Notes: generated by a model from the sequence alone, not told the origin. Counted from the stretch's first letter, positions 17,219 through 27,490 are shown. The stretch: 64,000 nt of DNA from an uncultured Bdellovibrionales bacterium (GCA_964505305.1 CAZDHE010000001.1:95967-159966); one strand, 5' to 3'. Program-made: numbers and translations.

Positions 17219-20086
17219 ATGGAGCAAGAAAAAATAATTATAAAAGGGGCCGAAGAAAATAATTTAAAAAACGTAAACTTGGAATTGCCCAAAAACAAAA
17301 TTATTGCCATTACAGGTTTATCGGGAAGCGGGAAGAGTTCTTTTGCTTTTGATACCCTGTATTTTGAAGGTTATCGCAGGTATGTGGAAAATCTATCCGG
17401 CAGCGCCAGATTTTTTATGCATTCAGTCAAGAAACCCAAAGTTAAAGAAATCCAAAATTTGTGCCCTACCATTTCAATTAGCCAAAGAAACAACAATCAA
17501 AATCCTCGCTCTACAGTGGGAACTTTAACCGGAATTTATGATTTTTTAAGAGCTCTCTATTTTAGATTTGGAACTTTTTATTGCCCTCATTGCGGCAAAG
17601 AACTCAAGAAAAATACTACGCAGGAGATTTTGGATAAAATTAGTCAACATTCTCAAGGCACCGAGGTGTTAATAGCCTCTCCTGTTACTATTGAGGGTAA
17701 AGGCATTACAGAGGTTTTGAAATCTATTGAAAATGCCGGTTATTCCAAAATAATTCCTGTCTATAAGGATAAGGATAAAAAGACAACGCTCTTGGAACTT
17801 GCTCAAGCAGAGAACTCTCTTGGGGAGAGCGAGCTTAGAGAGCTTTATATTTTAGTAGATAAATTGTATTTGGATAAATCCAGATTAGATAAAGAAAGAA
17901 TTATTGATTCTTTAAAATCAGCCGAAAAATTATCGGAAATTTCTCTCACGCCAAAAAGCCACGTTCGGACTAGTTTATCTGCATCAAAAGATCATGCCGG
18001 AGCAGGAAAAATGGCTTTTATATTTTTTGACCGAAAAGAGAGAGCTTCTTTTAGCCGGTGTTATGTTTGCTCTGGGTGCGGTTATCAAAGAAGAGATTTT
18101 GTCTTCCGGGATTTTTCTTTTAATTCTCCCGAGGGAGCATGTTCTTTGTGCAAAGGAATCGGAGAAGTTGCCAGATTAAACGTGGATAAAGTTATTCCCA
18201 ATCAGAAACTCTCCTTTAAAGAGGGCGCTGTTGAGCCTTGGGTTCGTTTGGGAGGAAGATCGGGCTTCAATAAATTTTCGAAAGGTAAACTGCAAGAGCT
18301 GGCCAATTTCTTGGGTTTTAGCTTAGATGATCCGATTGAAAAATTGACTAAAGAGCAATTCGAGGCTTTCATTTATGGATTTCGAGATGATTCTCGAGGA
18401 ATCTTTTTTGAGGGGGTGGAAAAAGATTTAAACGATCGATATGAAAAGGCGGACTTAACTTCATCTAAAAGGGAATTGGAAAAATATTTTTCTTTTAAAA
18501 TCTGTCCCGATTGCGGAGGGGGTAGACTTAAGCCCGAAGTTTTGAATGCCGAGGTTTGGGGAAAGAAATTTAAAGAAATGACTGAAATGGAAATCGGGAA
18601 TTTATTAGCTTTTTTAAGAGAAAAAACAGGCAGTAATAAAAAAAATAAGCTAAAGGAAAATCAGGCTAAAATTATTGAGGAAATAAATAAAAGACTGGAT
18701 CCCTTGGTGAATGCGGGTGTTGGGTATTTAAGCTTGAACAGGGGTTGCAATAGTCTTTCCGGGGGAGAACTTCAAAGAACCAGGATTGCTTCCCAGCTTT
18801 ATAGCGGTTTAAATGGAGTTTTGTATGTTTTGGATGAACCCACCATCGGACTTCATAGTAGAGACACTCAAAAATTGATAAAAACTTTTCAAAAATTAAA
18901 AAATAACAAAAGTTCTTTGGTGGTGGTAGAGCATGATAAAGAAATAATCGAAAGCGCCGATGAAATTATAGATTTTGGGCCCGGTGCCGGAGAGCAAGGG
19001 GGAGAAGTAATTTTTCAAGGCAATTTCGGGGAACTCAAGAAAGCGGACACTCCAACGGCGGATTTTTTTAACAATAAAATATCTTTTCAATCCAAGAACA
19101 GAAAACCCAAAAAACATCTCGAAATCCAAGGGGCGAGACATAATAACTTGAAAAACATTGATTTGAAGATCCCTCTGGGTTGTTTAGTTTCTTTTGCCGG
19201 AGTATCCGGAAGCGGTAAAAGTTCTTTAGTGGTGGATGTTTTGGCTAAGGCTTTGAGACAAGAGATTCATCAAACAGGAGAAGAGCCGGGAAGTTTTAAT
19301 GAAATCAAAGGTTTGGAAAACATTCAAAAAGCGGTTGCGGTCGATCAATTGTCCATCGGAAGATCTCCACGGTCTAATCCGGCAACCTATACCGGCATTT
19401 TTAGCCATATTCGAGAGTTGTTTGCCCAAACGGAGGCGGCTGAGAAAAAGGGTTTTAATGCCGGCTATTTTTCCTTTAATTTAAAAGGAGGCAGGTGCGA
19501 GCATTGCCAGGGTGAAGGAACAGTTTCCGCGGAGATGCCGCTTTTGGAGGATGTTAGATCTTTGTGTCCTTACTGTAAAGGGACTCGATACAATAAAAAA
19601 ATTCTTGAAATTGAATATCATGGAGTTAATATTGCGAAAGTTTTAGATATGAGTGTTGATTATGCTTATAGGTTTTTTCACTTGAATAAGCTTGTCCAGA
19701 AAAAGTTGAAGGTTTTGAAAGATGTCGGTTTGGGTTATCTTAAATTGGGGCAAAGCGCTAATCGCCTTTCCGGCGGAGAGGCTCAGAGAATAAAGTTGGC
19801 CACCGAATTAATCAGGAAATCAAGAGGAAACTGTTTATACATCCTCGACGAGCCGACCATAGGACTTCATTTTCAAGACATTAAAAAACTTTTAAAAGTT
19901 TTAAATGAATTGGTCGATCAAGGAAATTCAGTTTTTGTCATTGAACACAATACAGAGATGCTCAAGGCTAGCGATTGGATTATAGAAATGGGTCCCGGAG
20001 GAGGTGAAAAAGGAGGGGAGGTTATTTTCGAAGGAACGCCGAAAGAGCTTTCCGCAACAAACACCGAAACAGGCAGGGTTTTGTGA
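17219..20086 (+). CDS. uvrA: Excinuclease ABC subunit A
   Basis: Two ABC modules (GLSGSGKSS, GVSGSGKSS; LSGGE; LDEPT), Zn-finger CxxC pairs, RSNPATYTG. Confidence 0.93.
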   Translation: MEQEKIIIKGAEENNLKNVNLELPKNKIIAITGLSGSGKSSFAFDTLYFEGYRRYVENLSGSARFFMHSVKKPKVKEIQNLCPTISISQRNNNQNPRSTVGTLTGIYDFLRALYFRFGTFYCPHCGKELKKNTTQEILDKISQHSQGTEVLIASPVTIEGKGITEVLKSIENAGYSKIIPVYKDKDKKTTLLELAQAENSLGESELRELYILVDKLYLDKSRLDKERIIDSLKSAEKLSEISLTPKSHVRTSLSASKDHAGAGKMAFIFFDRKERASFSRCYVCSGCGYQRRDFVFRDFSFNSPEGACSLCKGIGEVARLNVDKVIPNQKLSFKEGAVEPWVRLGGRSGFNKFSKGKLQELANFLGFSLDDPIEKLTKEQFEAFIYGFRDDSRGIFFEGVEKDLNDRYEKADLTSSKRELEKYFSFKICPDCGGGRLKPEVLNAEVWGKKFKEMTEMEIGNLLAFLREKTGSNKKNKLKENQAKIIEEINKRLDPLVNAGVGYLSLNRGCNSLSGGELQRTRIASQLYSGLNGVLYVLDEPTIGLHSRDTQKLIKTFQKLKNNKSSLVVVEHDKEIIESADEIIDFGPGAGEQGGEVIFQGNFGELKKADTPTADFFNNKISFQSKNRKPKKHLEIQGARHNNLKNIDLKIPLGCLVSFAGVSGSGKSSLVVDVLAKALRQEIHQTGEEPGSFNEIKGLENIQKAVAVDQLSIGRSPRSNPATYTGIFSHIRELFAQTEAAEKKGFNAGYFSFNLKGGRCEHCQGEGTVSAEMPLLEDVRSLCPYCKGTRYNKKILEIEYHGVNIAKVLDMSVDYAYRFFHLNKLVQKKLKVLKDVGLGYLKLGQSANRLSGGEAQRIKLATELIRKSRGNCLYILDEPTIGLHFQDIKKLLKVLNELVDQGNSVFVIEHNTEMLKASDWIIEMGPGGGEKGGEVIFEGTPKELSATNTETGRVL

Positions 20087-20159
20087 GCTTGCGGAAGAAA
20101 TGAAAAATTTTAGTTTTCGCGAGCTTAATAGCTTAAAAAGTTTAAAATAATTTTAGAAA

Positions 20160-21083
20160 ATGAAAGACGAAATCATTAAAGAGGTTTATTTTACTATAAT
20201 TTATTTCAATGTTCTTAAGCGGCCGCCTTCCACTTTTGAAGTTTGGCGCTTTTTTATGGATTTTTCCAAAAGAAAAACCGCATGTTCTTACGAGGAGGCG
20301 GTAAAAGTTTTGGAGAAACTTCAAGAACAGCGAAAAATTTTAAACAAAAACGGATTTTGGGTTTTACCGGAAAAGCAAGATTTATCCAAAGAAAGGATTT
20401 TGCGTCAAAAAATTTCTGTTTCAAAGATAAAAAGGGCGGCTTTCTGGATTAAATTAATGAATTTAATTCCTTATTGCAAAGGAGTTTTTTCTTCCGGAGC
20501 TTTGACTTTGGGCAATTGTGGGAAAAACAGTGATTGGGATATTTTAGTGGTAATTAAGAAAAATAGAATTTGGATTGGCAGGTTTTTCGTGACTGTTTTT
20601 TTGGCTTTTTTGGGCAAAAGAAGGAGCTCTAAAAAGATTGCGGATAGATTCTGCTTGAATCATTTTATAACAGAGAATAACCTTGTTTTTGCCGATAGAA
20701 GTGAATTTGCCGCTTTGGACAAAAGTTTTATGACTTCTTTTCTTGGAAAAGAGTATTTTCATAAAATGCAACAATTAAATTTTGCCTGGTCAAGACTTTC
20801 AATGCCCAACTTTTCTCAAGATGCTTTCGGGTATGATTATTTTAATTGCAGAAACACCTTCTTAATACTAATCAGAGAACAATTAGAAAGGATATTGGAA
20901 TTCTTGAGGCTTGGAGGATTATTGAATAATTTTTGCAGAAAAGTAATGATAAAGAAGATTGAAAAAAATCCCGAAACCCACAGAGAGGGAGCTTTTATAG
21001 TTTACAATGAGGGGGAGCTGGCTTTTTGGCCCAAGCCCAAAAAAAATGAATTATTGCTTAAGATACAAAACCAATTTTTTTAA
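20160..21083 (+). CDS. Putative nucleotidyltransferase-fold protein (Pol beta superfamily)
   Basis: SGALTLG...SDWDILVV (G[S/A]...DxD) and FCLNHF. Confidence 0.6.
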   Translation: MKDEIIKEVYFTIIYFNVLKRPPSTFEVWRFFMDFSKRKTACSYEEAVKVLEKLQEQRKILNKNGFWVLPEKQDLSKERILRQKISVSKIKRAAFWIKLMNLIPYCKGVFSSGALTLGNCGKNSDWDILVVIKKNRIWIGRFFVTVFLAFLGKRRSSKKIADRFCLNHFITENNLVFADRSEFAALDKSFMTSFLGKEYFHKMQQLNFAWSRLSMPNFSQDAFGYDYFNCRNTFLILIREQLERILEFLRLGGLLNNFCRKVMIKKIEKNPETHREGAFIVYNEGELAFWPKPKKNELLLKIQNQFF

Positions 21084-21140
21084 AGGGATTGAGATTGTCA
21101 GGTGATTTATTGATTTTTTCAGAGTTTTTGGTTAACTTAA

Positions 21141-21170
21141 TTGACATTTTTGTTTAAATTTGTTTAAATT
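21141..21170 (+). promoter_or_regulatory. Putative sigma70 promoter
   Basis: Perfect TTGACA at 21141, then TTAAAT/TAAATT 17-18 bp downstream. Confidence 0.5.
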
Positions 21171-21172
21171 CA

Positions 21173-21530
21173 GCAAAGGCATGAATGCCGGTTGTTTGCA
21201 TTTGGATTTTTGTTTCTGTGATTTTTTAAGACAGAATCCGCTGATCTCGTATAGCCGGGACAAGGATATAAAAATTTATATTCTTTAAGCGGTGCGAAGA
21301 TCAAAAATTTCCGGGTAAGGATTATTTCACTTTTTTTGCGGGATTAGAGGTTTAGAAGCCTGACCCCTTAAATTCTCGAAAGCCAGACTTCTAATTGTTT
21401 TGAGGTGGAAACGGATTTGAAAAATACGTTCTTGTTAAGCCGGCCACAGTAGTAAATGATTTTAGTGTTGGTCGATAAGCGGAGAAATAAGTTTCGGATT
21501 CTTTTACTAATTTGACAGGAAAAGGATCTT
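21173..21530 (+). ncRNA. Candidate structured ncRNA, family unassigned
   Basis: No long ORF; at least eight nested helices, most mismatches resolving as G-U pairs on the + strand; promoter upstream. Confidence 0.5.
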
Positions 21531-21606
21531 TAAAATTTTTAAACAATAAATTTATTAGAAGCTATTTTTTTCAAGTCAATCTCAGTTAATTATTATTTGC
21601 TGAATT

Positions 21607-21678
21607 GGCCCCATCGTCTAGTGGTTAGGACGCCAGGTTCTCATCCTGGTAACAGGGGTTCGACTCCCCTTGGGGTCA
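21607..21678 (+). tRNA. tRNA-Glu (anticodon CTC)
   Basis: Acceptor stem GGCCCCA/TGGGGTC, D-loop TAGTGGTTAGGAC, anticodon arm CCAGG-TTCTCAT-CCTGG, T-loop GGTTCGACTCC; CCA not encoded. Confidence 0.97.
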
Positions 21679-21787
21679 CATCCGTTTAATTTTGTAATCA
21701 TCTAATCGCTCAAACAATTTTAAAACTTGTCTTGATTAAATATTAAGATGATTACGCAAATGCTTGCTTAAATGTTTAAATTAAAAT

Positions 21788-22879
21788 ATGGACGCTAAAG
21801 ATTATCTAAAAGAATATAAAAACAAATTAGATCCTTTTTTGAAAGAGTATTTCAATAACAAAAAAGCAGAGGCTAAAAAGATAGATCCTTTAGCTGAGCA
21901 GGCGGTTAAAATGATTGCCAAGTTTACTATGGCGAGTGGGAAAAGAATTCGGCCGACTGTTATGTATTACGCTTTCTTGGCTGACAAGAAAGAAGAAGAA
22001 ATTTCTTTTGAAAAAAGCCGGGCCATTATGGAAGCTTCAATGTCGGTAGAGCTTACCCATACTTTCTTGCTAATCCATGACGACATTATCGATAGAGACT
22101 CGAAAAGACATGGGACAAAAACCATTCATGAAGAGTATAAAAGTTTAGCGGAAAAATTTTTCCCCGGGACTGATAAACATCATTTTGGGAATTCCATGGC
22201 AATGATTGTGGGTGATATAGCAGCTTCCATGGCCAATGAAATACTTTTTGAATCCCGTTTTGAGGCAAATAATATTTTGCGAAGTTTGACTCAGCTTCAA
22301 AAAATTGTTTATAAAACTATTCCGGGGGAAATGCTGGATATTGTTATGGAGGCCAAGGGAAAAACCACTGAAGAAGAAATCCTTAGAATGCATGAAGGAA
22401 AAACAGCTAATTACACCTTCGAAGGCCCTATGCATCTGGGAGCCGCTTTGGCCGGTAATCTTTCGGAAAATTTTTTAAATAAATCTTCCCAGTATTCCAA
22501 GGCGGTTGGTAAAGCTTTCCAGATAAGAGATGACATCCTGGGGGTTTTTGGAGACGAAAAAAAACTTGGCAAACCGGTGGGGTCTGATATAATAGAAGGG
22601 AAACAAACACTTCTTTACATTAAAGCTATGGAGAAGGCGAATCAGGAGCAAAGAAAGCAGCTTTCAGCTTTGTTGGGAAAAAAGAACCTAAATAAAAAAG
22701 AGCTGAAAATTTTTCAAGACATTGTCAAGGACACGGGTTCCTTAAAGTATTCAGAAGAGCTGGCCGGCAAACTTTCCCGGGAAGCTGTCGAGTCTCTTAA
22801 AAGCGCCGGCATAAAGAACCAAAAATCTTATGATTTTCTAAAAAAAATAGCCGAGTATATCTCTAAAAGAGAGAATTAA
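21788..22879 (+). CDS. Trans-polyprenyl diphosphate synthase (GGPP synthase/IdsA-like)
   Basis: GKRIRP, FLLIHDDIID..RHG (FARM with Phe at -5), KTANY, FQIRDD, GKPVGSD. Confidence 0.93.
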   Translation: MDAKDYLKEYKNKLDPFLKEYFNNKKAEAKKIDPLAEQAVKMIAKFTMASGKRIRPTVMYYAFLADKKEEEISFEKSRAIMEASMSVELTHTFLLIHDDIIDRDSKRHGTKTIHEEYKSLAEKFFPGTDKHHFGNSMAMIVGDIAASMANEILFESRFEANNILRSLTQLQKIVYKTIPGEMLDIVMEAKGKTTEEEILRMHEGKTANYTFEGPMHLGAALAGNLSENFLNKSSQYSKAVGKAFQIRDDILGVFGDEKKLGKPVGSDIIEGKQTLLYIKAMEKANQEQRKQLSALLGKKNLNKKELKIFQDIVKDTGSLKYSEELAGKLSREAVESLKSAGIKNQKSYDFLKKIAEYISKREN

Positions 22880-22992
22880 GGTCTCAAAATATTGCCAAAA
22901 TATTTATTAATATTTATTATGTTTTCTGGGAAGAGAAGAGCTTAATAGACTGCAAAGCATCCTTTTTGGCTTATTAATCAATAATTTTAACA

Positions 22993-23721
22993 ATGAATTC
23001 CATTGAGAACACGATTCCATATCACGTGGCTGTTATCCCCGACGGCAATAGAAGGTGGGCTAAGCAGAGAGGAGAAAAGCCATGGAAAGGTCATAAAGCC
23101 GGAGCTGAAATAATAGAGGAGCTAAGCAGAGAAGCTTTGAAAATGGGGGTGAAATGCATAACTTTTTGGGGGTCTTCCAAGGATAATCTCCAAAAAAGGC
23201 CAATGGAGGAAAAAAGAGAGCTGCTGAGAATTTACGAGGAATATTTTAAAAAACTTATAAACAGCTCTGATATCTTTGATAACGAAACCAAGATTCAGCT
23301 TATTGGCCGATGGGAGGAGCAGTTTCCAAATAAGCTTAAAAAAATTCTCAAAGAAGGCGCGGAGAAAACCAAGCATCATACTCATAGTTTTCTAAATTTT
23401 CTTTTGGCCTATAGCGGGGATGATGATATTTTGCAGGCGGTGAAAGAAATTAAAAACAAGGCTCGTAATAGCGACCATGATATTGAAGTTACGGAAGATT
23501 TTTTTCAAGAAAATTTGTTAAGCGCTCCTCTGCCCGAGGTTGATTTAATAATAAGAACGGGAACAGAAGGAGATCCTCATAATAGCGCCGGATTTTTAAT
23601 GTGGCAAACTCAAAACTCCCAATTCTACTTTACGGATAAGCTGTTTCCCGATTTTGATTCCCGGGAATTCAAGAAAGCTTTAAACGATTATGCAAACAGG
23701 GAGAGAAGACTGGGAAAATGA
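22993..23721 (+). CDS. uppS: Undecaprenyl diphosphate synthase (cis-prenyltransferase)
   Basis: HVAVIPDGNRRWA, GHKAG, DLIIRTG, FLMWQ, RERRLG. Confidence 0.93.
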   Translation: MNSIENTIPYHVAVIPDGNRRWAKQRGEKPWKGHKAGAEIIEELSREALKMGVKCITFWGSSKDNLQKRPMEEKRELLRIYEEYFKKLINSSDIFDNETKIQLIGRWEEQFPNKLKKILKEGAEKTKHHTHSFLNFLLAYSGDDDILQAVKEIKNKARNSDHDIEVTEDFFQENLLSAPLPEVDLIIRTGTEGDPHNSAGFLMWQTQNSQFYFTDKLFPDFDSREFKKALNDYANRERRLGK

Positions 23722-23807
23722 ATGGAACAAAGCCCAAATAATTTTTTTGGCAATTTGTTTAACAACGGTTTAACAAAAAAGAAGGTTTTAAAAATTAATA
23801 AGATTTT

Positions 23808-24125
23808 ATGGCCATTGAATTTAAGGATGATAATTTTCAGCAGGAAGTTTTAGAGAGTGATAAACCGGTTTTAGTTGATTTTTGGGCTCCTTGGTGCGGT
23901 CCTTGCCAGATGATGAGTCCCATTATAGATGATGTTTCCGAGCAAGTTTCCGAAAATGCCAAAGTCGGAAAATTAAATGTGGATGAAAATCCTCAGACTG
24001 CTCAAAAATACGGAGTGATGTCTATTCCCACCTTGATTATATTTAAAGATGGAAAAATTTTGAAACAAATGACCGGGGTTCAGTCCAAGGAAACCCTGAC
24101 GGAAGAATTGAAAAATGCGGGATAA
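23808..24125 (+). CDS. trxA: Thioredoxin
   Basis: FWAPWCGPC, SIPTL. Confidence 0.96.
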   Translation: MAIEFKDDNFQQEVLESDKPVLVDFWAPWCGPCQMMSPIIDDVSEQVSENAKVGKLNVDENPQTAQKYGVMSIPTLIIFKDGKILKQMTGVQSKETLTEELKNAG

Positions 24126-24227
24126 AACTCTTTTTTATTTGGTCGGGAAACCTCAGTGTTTTTGAGTCTTTCTCAAAGAAGTGGCTTTTTATGTTCGGGT
24201 GGTATAAAATTTAAAAGTTTACAAAAA

Positions 24228-25142
24228 ATGGAAAAAAAGAAAGCAGTTATCTTGGGGGCCGGCCCGGCAGGTTTGTCGGCCTCTATTTATGCGTCTCGTT
24301 TCAATATTGACCATTGCGTCCTCGGAGAAGAGTTTGGCGGATATATGAATGAGAGTTTTAAAATTGAAAACTATCCCGGCTTACCGGGAGTGTCCGGGGC
24401 GGAATTGGCTCAAAAAATGAAAGTCCATGCAGAGTCTTTGGGCGGAGAAATTTTGCAAGATAAAATTGATTTTGTAAAAAAGAAAGAAGATTTTTTTGAG
24501 ATTAAAACCTATAAGCAAACATACGAGACCGAAGCTGTTATTTTATCTACCGGGACGGTTTTTAGAAAGTTAAACATTCCCGGGGAAGCCGATTTATCGG
24601 GAAGAGGAGTCTCTTATTGCGCTACTTGCGATGCTCCTTTTTTTAAAGACAAAAAAGTGGCAGTTGTAGGAGGGGGTAATTCAGCTATTAATGCAGCGCT
24701 TTTGCTTTCCGGTTATGCCAAGGAAGTGGTTGTTTTTTATAGAGCGGAGAAGTTGAGGGCAGTTCCGGCTTATGTGGAGCAAGCAAGTAAAAAAGAAAAC
24801 ATTAAAACCGCTTCGAAGACCAATGTTGTCGAAATTAAAGGAGAACAAAAAGTTGAATCTTTGGTTTTGGATAACCCATATCAAGGAGAGAAAGAGGTTT
24901 CTTTTGATGGAATATTTATAGAAATAGGCTCCTTGCCGGATACGAGTTTTATCAGAGATCTAAAAATTGAAAAGGATGAAGAAGGCTATATAAAAGTTGG
25001 GGCGGATCAATCTACCGAAGAAGAAGGTTTTTTTGCCGCCGGAGATATTACCACCGGTTCTAACGGTTTTAGGCAAATCATAACCGCCGCCGCTGAAGGA
25101 GCAATAGCAGCCTCCGGTGTTTATCGGTATTTACAAAAATAA
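24228..25142 (+). CDS. trxB: Thioredoxin reductase
   Basis: GAGPAG, ENYPG, SYCATCD, GGGNSA, AAGD; start placed at ATG 24228 (MEKKK). Confidence 0.92.
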   Translation: MEKKKAVILGAGPAGLSASIYASRFNIDHCVLGEEFGGYMNESFKIENYPGLPGVSGAELAQKMKVHAESLGGEILQDKIDFVKKKEDFFEIKTYKQTYETEAVILSTGTVFRKLNIPGEADLSGRGVSYCATCDAPFFKDKKVAVVGGGNSAINAALLLSGYAKEVVVFYRAEKLRAVPAYVEQASKKENIKTASKTNVVEIKGEQKVESLVLDNPYQGEKEVSFDGIFIEIGSLPDTSFIRDLKIEKDEEGYIKVGADQSTEEEGFFAAGDITTGSNGFRQIITAAAEGAIAASGVYRYLQK

Positions 25143-25226
25143 AAATATTTGCAATTATTTAAACATCTGATAAGATGAAGTCAAAGAGGAGGTCTGGGTA
25201 GAATTATAAAAATTAATTAAATTGCA

Positions 25227-25667
25227 ATGAAGGTGGTTTTACTTGAAAATGTTGATAAGCTTGGAAGCGCGGGAGAAGTTAAGAATGTTTCTGACGGTTT
25301 TGCCCGCAATTATTTAATTCCTAAGAGATTGGCTCAGCCTGCAACTCAACAAGCCCTTAAAAAGGTGGAAAAGCAATTGGAAGATCGATTAAAGAAAAAT
25401 GAAGAAGAATTAAAAGAAAACCAAAAAATTGCAGACCAAATTAATAAAAAAGAATTAACAATAATTAGAAAAGCCAAAGAGGGTAAGCTTTTTGGTTCTG
25501 TTTCTGAAGAAGACATTGCCAAGGCTCTTAAAAAAGAAAACGTGAATATTTCCAAAGAAAATGTCTCTCTGGAAAATCCTATAAAAGAAGTGGGTGAATA
25601 TAAAGTTAAGATAAATCTTGAGCACAATATTGAGGCTACTTTAAGAATTTTTGTAAAAGAGGAATAA
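25227..25667 (+). CDS. rplI: 50S ribosomal protein L9
   Basis: MKVVLLENVDKLG...GFARNYLIP, GKLFGSV. Confidence 0.97.
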   Translation: MKVVLLENVDKLGSAGEVKNVSDGFARNYLIPKRLAQPATQQALKKVEKQLEDRLKKNEEELKENQKIADQINKKELTIIRKAKEGKLFGSVSEEDIAKALKKENVNISKENVSLENPIKEVGEYKVKINLEHNIEATLRIFVKEE

Positions 25668-25700
25668 TTTTGGTGACGGGTTTCATTTTGACATAAGCAG

Positions 25701-25737
25701 AAACCGCTAGGGGGAGGCGGTTTTTTAGCGGTTTTTT
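25701..25737 (+). terminator. Rho-independent terminator after rplI
   Basis: aaaccgct(a) pairs with ggcggttt or tagcggttt, each followed by a T-tract. Confidence 0.6.
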
Positions 25738-25846
25738 ACTCGACAAGAACTCTTAATTTTTCAGGAAATAACCTTTAAAGCCGGTTTTTTGGTTCGGAAT
25801 GGTTTGCCTACGCCGTAATTTTTGTTGTAAATATTAAATTAAAATA

Positions 25847-27490
25847 ATGGCTAAAAAAAGAATCCCCAAGTATGTTTTTGTTTTTGGCGGAGTAATGTCC
25901 GGGATAGGCAAAGGAGTTGCCACCTCCTCTATTGCTAAAATAATCCAGTCCCAGGGCTTTGAGGTTTCCGCTATCAAGATAGATCCTTATGTTAATGTAG
26001 ATGCCGGAACAATGAACCCCACTGAGCACGGAGAGGTTTTTGTTTTGTCAAGTGGATTGGAAACTGATCAGGATATGGGAAATTACGAGAGATTTCTAGG
26101 AATAACCTTGCCGCCTGAGAACTATATGACTACCGGGAGTGTTTATTGGAAAGTAATTCAAAAAGAAAGAAATTTAGAATATAAAGGCAAGTGCGTTCAA
26201 ATCATTCCTCATATTACCGATGAAATCATTTCCACGGTAAAAAAAGCATCCTCCAACAACAAAGCGGATTTTATTATAACCGAAGTGGGAGGGACTACCG
26301 GGGATTATGAAAACGATTTATTTACTGAAGCGGCTCGCCAGATGAAGCTTAAATATCCGAAGGATGTTTTGTTTGTAATGATAAGCTATGTTCCTTATCC
26401 CGACAAAATAGGGGAAATGAAAACCAAGCCCACCCAGCAGGCGGCAAGAGCTTTGAACGAAGCCGGGGTGCAGCCGGATATTATAATTGCCAGAAGCGAA
26501 AAACCAATAGACAAGAAAAGAAAAGAAAAGATAGCCCTTTTCTGCAATATTAAAGAAGAAGCCGTTATTTCCGCTCCTGATGCAGATTCTATTTATGAAG
26601 TTCCTCTAAATTTTGAAAAGGACGGCTTAAGCCGGGTTATTTTAAACAAACTGGGATTAAAATCCAAAGAAAAGGATTTAAAAGACTGGAAGAAACTTGT
26701 GAACAATATTAAGACCGCTAAGAAAGAATTAAAAATAGGAATAGTGGGAAAATATTTCGGCACCGGGGATTGTGTTTTATCCGATTCTTACATTTCCGTT
26801 ATAGAGGCGGTTAAGCATGCTTGTTATAAAATCAAAAAGAAACCCTCCATAGATTGGATTAACGCCGAAGAGATGGAAAATAATCCTGAAAAAATTTCAG
26901 AGCTTGATCAATATGATGGGATCATTGTTCCGGGGGGATTCGGAAGCAGGGGAGTGGAGGGAAAAATAAATTGTATTAAATATGCCAGGGAAAATAAAAT
27001 TCCATATTTAGGGCTTTGTTACGGAATGCAGTTGATGGTGGTGGAATTTGCCAGAAACGTAGCGGGGATTAAAAATGCTCATACCGGAGAAATTGATCCC
27101 GAGGGAGAAGACTTAGTAATAGACATTATGCCGGATCAAAAAGACAATATACAAGAAAAAAAGTATGGCGGCACTATGAGGCTGGGGGAGTATCCGTGTG
27201 AAGTTCTTAAAAACACCTTAGCTTTTCAATCTTATCAAAAGGGTCTCATAAAAGAACGCCATCGCCATAGATATGAGGTAAATCCGGAATATATCTCCAA
27301 ATTAGAAAAAGCCGGAATCGTTTTTTCCGGGAAGTCTCCGGATAATGTTTTGATGGAGATCGCTGAAATTCCTCAGAAAAAACACCCTTTTATGGTGGGA
27401 AGTCAATTTCATCCGGAATTCACATCCACTCCCTTAAATCCCAATCCTTTATTTTTATCTTTCATTAAAGCGGCTGCTGCCAATAATTAA
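25847..27490 (+). CDS. pyrG: CTP synthase
   Basis: GGVMSGIGKG, KIDPYVNVDAGTMNP, KTKPTQ, GLCYGMQ, ERHRHRYE, QFHPE. Confidence 0.97.
   Translation: MAKKRIPKYVFVFGGVMSGIGKGVATSSIAKIIQSQGFEVSAIKIDPYVNVDAGTMNPTEHGEVFVLSSGLETDQDMGNYERFLGITLPPENYMTTGSVYWKVIQKERNLEYKGKCVQIIPHITDEIISTVKKASSNNKADFIITEVGGTTGDYENDLFTEAARQMKLKYPKDVLFVMISYVPYPDKIGEMKTKPTQQAARALNEAGVQPDIIIARSEKPIDKKRKEKIALFCNIKEEAVISAPDADSIYEVPLNFEKDGLSRVILNKLGLKSKEKDLKDWKKLVNNIKTAKKELKIGIVGKYFGTGDCVLSDSYISVIEAVKHACYKIKKKPSIDWINAEEMENNPEKISELDQYDGIIVPGGFGSRGVEGKINCIKYARENKIPYLGLCYGMQLMVVEFARNVAGIKNAHTGEIDPEGEDLVIDIMPDQKDNIQEKKYGGTMRLGEYPCEVLKNTLAFQSYQKGLIKERHRHRYEVNPEYISKLEKAGIVFSGKSPDNVLMEIAEIPQKKHPFMVGSQFHPEFTSTPLNPNPLFLSFIKAAAANN

Noticed and set aside
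21228-21245. agacagaatccgct resembles the 3' conserved element of RNase P RNA
   Set aside because: The 5' GAGGAAAGUCC element is absent and the motif sits near the 5' end of the segment, so RNase P is not supported.
21401-21416. tgaggtggaaacgg resembles a T-box motif
   Set aside because: It lacks the ACC of UGGNACC, shows no specifier stem, and precedes a tRNA rather than an amino-acid gene.
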